From assembly GCF_009914755.1 (NCBI RefSeq), contig NC_060947.1: a stretch of DNA of 64,000 nucleotides, one strand, 5' to 3'. The notes beneath the pieces were generated by a model. It worked only from the letters and a program-made list of their open reading frames with translations. It was not told where the DNA came from and did no database searches. The translations under genes were made by a program, and so were the position numbers. The stretch comes from the human T2T-CHM13v2.0 reference genome, Homo sapiens. Below are positions 54,549 to 64,000 of this stretch, piece after piece; the stretch's first letter is position 1; the number at the start of each line of letters is the position of its first letter.

Positions 54549-55229
54549 TTAATCCTCTATTTAAGATTCTGGGGACTTAAGAGTTTGAGGAAACATCACA
54601 GTAAGAATTCATAGACACATTTATGTTTTAAACACAACCAAAAATATTGAGAAATGGTAGGAAATTAGCTGATAGTTTACTTAGGGTGTACTTGGGAGCT
54701 ACAGGTCTCATGAAGGTGTAAGTCAGAACCGGAAGATATATAAGCATCCTTGACATAGTTCAGGGACATTCAGGAACTAGAGGCCAACACGGGGGAATAG
54801 GAACCCATTGCAGAAAGAAAGGGCCTTGTGAGGTTGCCCTGCCTGAATTAGCGGTACTTCATTTAAGTTCTTCAAATACCCCAGCAGCAGCCAGCAATAG
54901 TTCTTTCAGAGCACACATCTCTCCTTCCCTCACCTTGTACTGCCAGCGATTCAATAAAAAATATGAACCTGCATGAAAAGCAGCCTTTTGGGTAGATACA
55001 AAGATTTTTTAATAAAAGGATATAAAAGAGTGCTTATGGGTACAGATGTTGGGCTGGTAGTACTCTCCATAAAAGTTTGTTGAGAAATGGGATCTGACCT
55101 GGCAACATTTAGCACTTGGTTAGTCATTGACAAAACCATCCTGAGTTAATGCCAAGTTTGTTTCCGGTCTTTAAAGCCACCCAAGTGAAGAGCTCAACAT
55201 GTTGCACAAAGAAACAATGACAGATTTTT

Positions 55230-61597
<6,368 letters not shown>

Positions 61598-61617
61598 TGT
61601 GTACTAGCAAAATACTA

Positions 61618-61946
<329 letters not shown>

Positions 61947-62729
61947 TCAAAGCATTTCTGAAATTAGCTTTTCCTTAATGCTTAGTGTGAATCTTTATTG
62001 CACATTTTAAATCATCTTGAAACTGCCTTTCCCAAACTTTGCATCAGTGGTTCTATTAAGCTGATGGACAGTTTCACTCCATTAGAAAATGTCAAATTTG
62101 GTACACATCCAGGATCAGAGGAAGGATCACAGGAGAGCAAGAAACTGGTGACAGGACTAGTTCAGACACACTAGAGTCAGCCCACTTTCCACTGCTCACA
62201 TAGAGTGACACAAGCAATGTGTTTAAATGAAAGAAGAAAAAAGTTCAGGTGCCACAAAGATAGAAAGCTGGACTCACTGCCTATCTACAGCCTCAGTTTT
62301 ATAGAATCGTCAGTTGCTGTTGGCGTTTTGCACATATGAACTGGTACATAAGTGAAGAATGGATGGGTACGTGGTTGGTGCCTAAAGGTACGGTTTCAAT
62401 CCCAGTTCCTCCTACACACTACCCAGAAGGTCCCAGAAAGCCCTGTTCTCCTCAGCAGGCGCTCCACAACAGCAGCTGCAGAAAGCGCAGCCATGCTAAC
62501 AGAGGCGCCCCCGGAGTTTTCCCATCTTCACCCTCACCCAACACCTCTTGGGTCATTTTCTCCTGGTCTGTCTTCACAAGCCAGAAATGGTTGATACTGA
62601 TTCGGTATGGGTTTGGAAGATTATAGGTTTCTGATTTAAAAGGCCTTATGTCATCAGGGTCCAACAGACTTTCTTTCTGGGGATTTCTGTGTTCTGAAGT
62701 TCAGACGTCCTTTGTTCCTTCCCTTCTAG

Positions 62730-63370
62730 GTCAGTCACCACGAACAGGGGCACTCGGCATGCTGCCCCAGCACTGGAGAAGCAGCGCTGTGGGGGCAATC
62801 TGTCACACTCTCAGAGTCTGGGACTTGACTTGCTACCAACAACTGCTGTGCAATTCTGCTGAGCAGGAATATCATGAGCTGTTCAATAATGACGGACGCA
62901 TTGGTTGAGATGAAGTTTCCAGTAAGGAAGTGACAGTGCAATGTGGATATTTATGGCTGTAAAATAGGAAGAGCTTTAGTTCCCAGGCTGAACCTGCCAC
63001 TGCTGGAGCCATTTCAACAAGGCATCCTCACAACAAAGAAGAGATGTGATTTGGTACCATTTCACACCAGCAGGTGTCTGGACGAAAACATCAATGTGAA
63101 TAAGGGCCAAGTGCAGTCCTGTCTTGATTAAATTACTTAATAATATTATTAAATAATAATAGGTCTGGGCAGTATTGTTTTTAACCTGACTCATCCAGCT
63201 GTCCTTCAAATAGCTCCGTCTCCCTCTACCCAGAACTGATTTTTAAAAAGAAGTAATTTTTCTCCCTGGGCTGGGAAAACCCTAATGAACTGAAACACAC
63301 TTTTACTTTAAAATTTTTCTGTCTGGCGTTTTTGTAATCATACTATTAAATGACTCTGGAGTCATGTTAA
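62730..63370 (+). other. CHST7: CHST7 terminal (3'-UTR) exon; 3' end approximate
   Basis: Strong acceptor, repeat-free sequence, TGTA at 63333, ATTAAA at 63345-63350 followed by a GT/T-rich element (~63376-63392). Confidence 0.75.
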
Positions 63371-63392
63371 TGACAGGATTTGTTTTGTTTGG
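63333..63392 (+). terminator. Candidate CHST7 cleavage/polyadenylation signal
   Basis: UGUA, ATTAAA, then downstream gatttgttttgtttgg. Confidence 0.55.
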
Positions 63393-63739
63393 ATGCAGTT
63401 CAATTGCATGGTTTGGGTAAAAGCTAGCCTACATACAAAGGAATATGAAGACTGTGGAAGAAACTGTATATTGGGTTTAAGAATTTCAGCAATTATCCGG
63501 TAAAAGAAGAACTTAAGCATTAAGCTGCAATGTCAAATCCACTTGCTTCAGTCTTACTAGCTGATGTTGCCAACAGTTGGTGATGCCTTTTTCAGGGTTC
63601 TACATTCAAAGCCTGTTAAAGATGGTTACAGGCAAGGAGGAGTCACAGGCAGAGGCTAAAGTATATCTATCATCTTTTAACCCTAATGCACATTTTAGAA
63701 AGTCTCAAAAATCTGTTGCTGTGATTTTTACATCTTGTG

Positions 63740-64000
63740 TTTTTTGAGACAGAGTCTCGCTCTGTCACCCAGGCTGGAGTGCAGTGGCACGATCTTGGCT
63801 CACTGCAACAACTTCCACTTCCTGGGTTCAAGTGATTCTCCTGCCTCAGCCTCCTGAGTAGCTGCGACTACAGGTGCATGCCACCATGCCTGGCTAATTT
63901 TTGTATTTTTAGTAGAGACGGGGTTTCACCATGTTGGCCTGGCTGGTCCTGAACTCTTGACCTCAGGTGATCCACCCACCTTGGCCTTGGCCTCCCAAAA
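63740..64000 (-). mobile_element. AluS, truncated by the window end
   Basis: Reverse-complement Alu. Confidence 0.9.

Noticed and set aside
62336-62626. Slightly CpG-richer patch with a ZNF143-like motif (actacccagaagg) and short ORFs
   Set aside because: Weak motif match; no exon or promoter structure I can support.

Overview
Primate (human-like) genomic DNA, very rich in Alu, L1, L2 and LTR repeats. I recognise it as the Xp11.3 ZNF674 / ZNF674-AS1 / MKI67P1 / CHST7 interval; gene names come from recall, not a database search. (1) The 5' end of the KRAB zinc-finger gene ZNF674 lies on the minus strand: two non-coding exons plus a 44-nt exon encoding MAMSQ. It shares a CpG-island bidirectional promoter (~10.3-10.6 kb) with a spliced plus-strand lncRNA, ZNF674-AS1. 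(2) A 5'-truncated processed pseudogene of MKI67 (Ki-67) sits inside an old L1 and is interrupted by an AluY. (3) CHST7 is complete: a 486-aa CDS in one CpG-island exon, a ~22-kb intron starting 31 nt after the stop codon, and a 3'-UTR exon near the window end. Most other ORFs in the track are Alu/L1 translation artefacts. I found no convincing new multi-gene system. The best leads are an ~80%-identical direct repeat bracketing the CHST7 promoter and CDS, an in-frame uORF ending 3 nt before the CHST7 ATG, a spliced micro-ORF in ZNF674-AS1, and a Ki-67 retrocopy that records a very proximal poly(A) site. Repeat subfamily names are by-eye calls and repeat coordinates are approximate.
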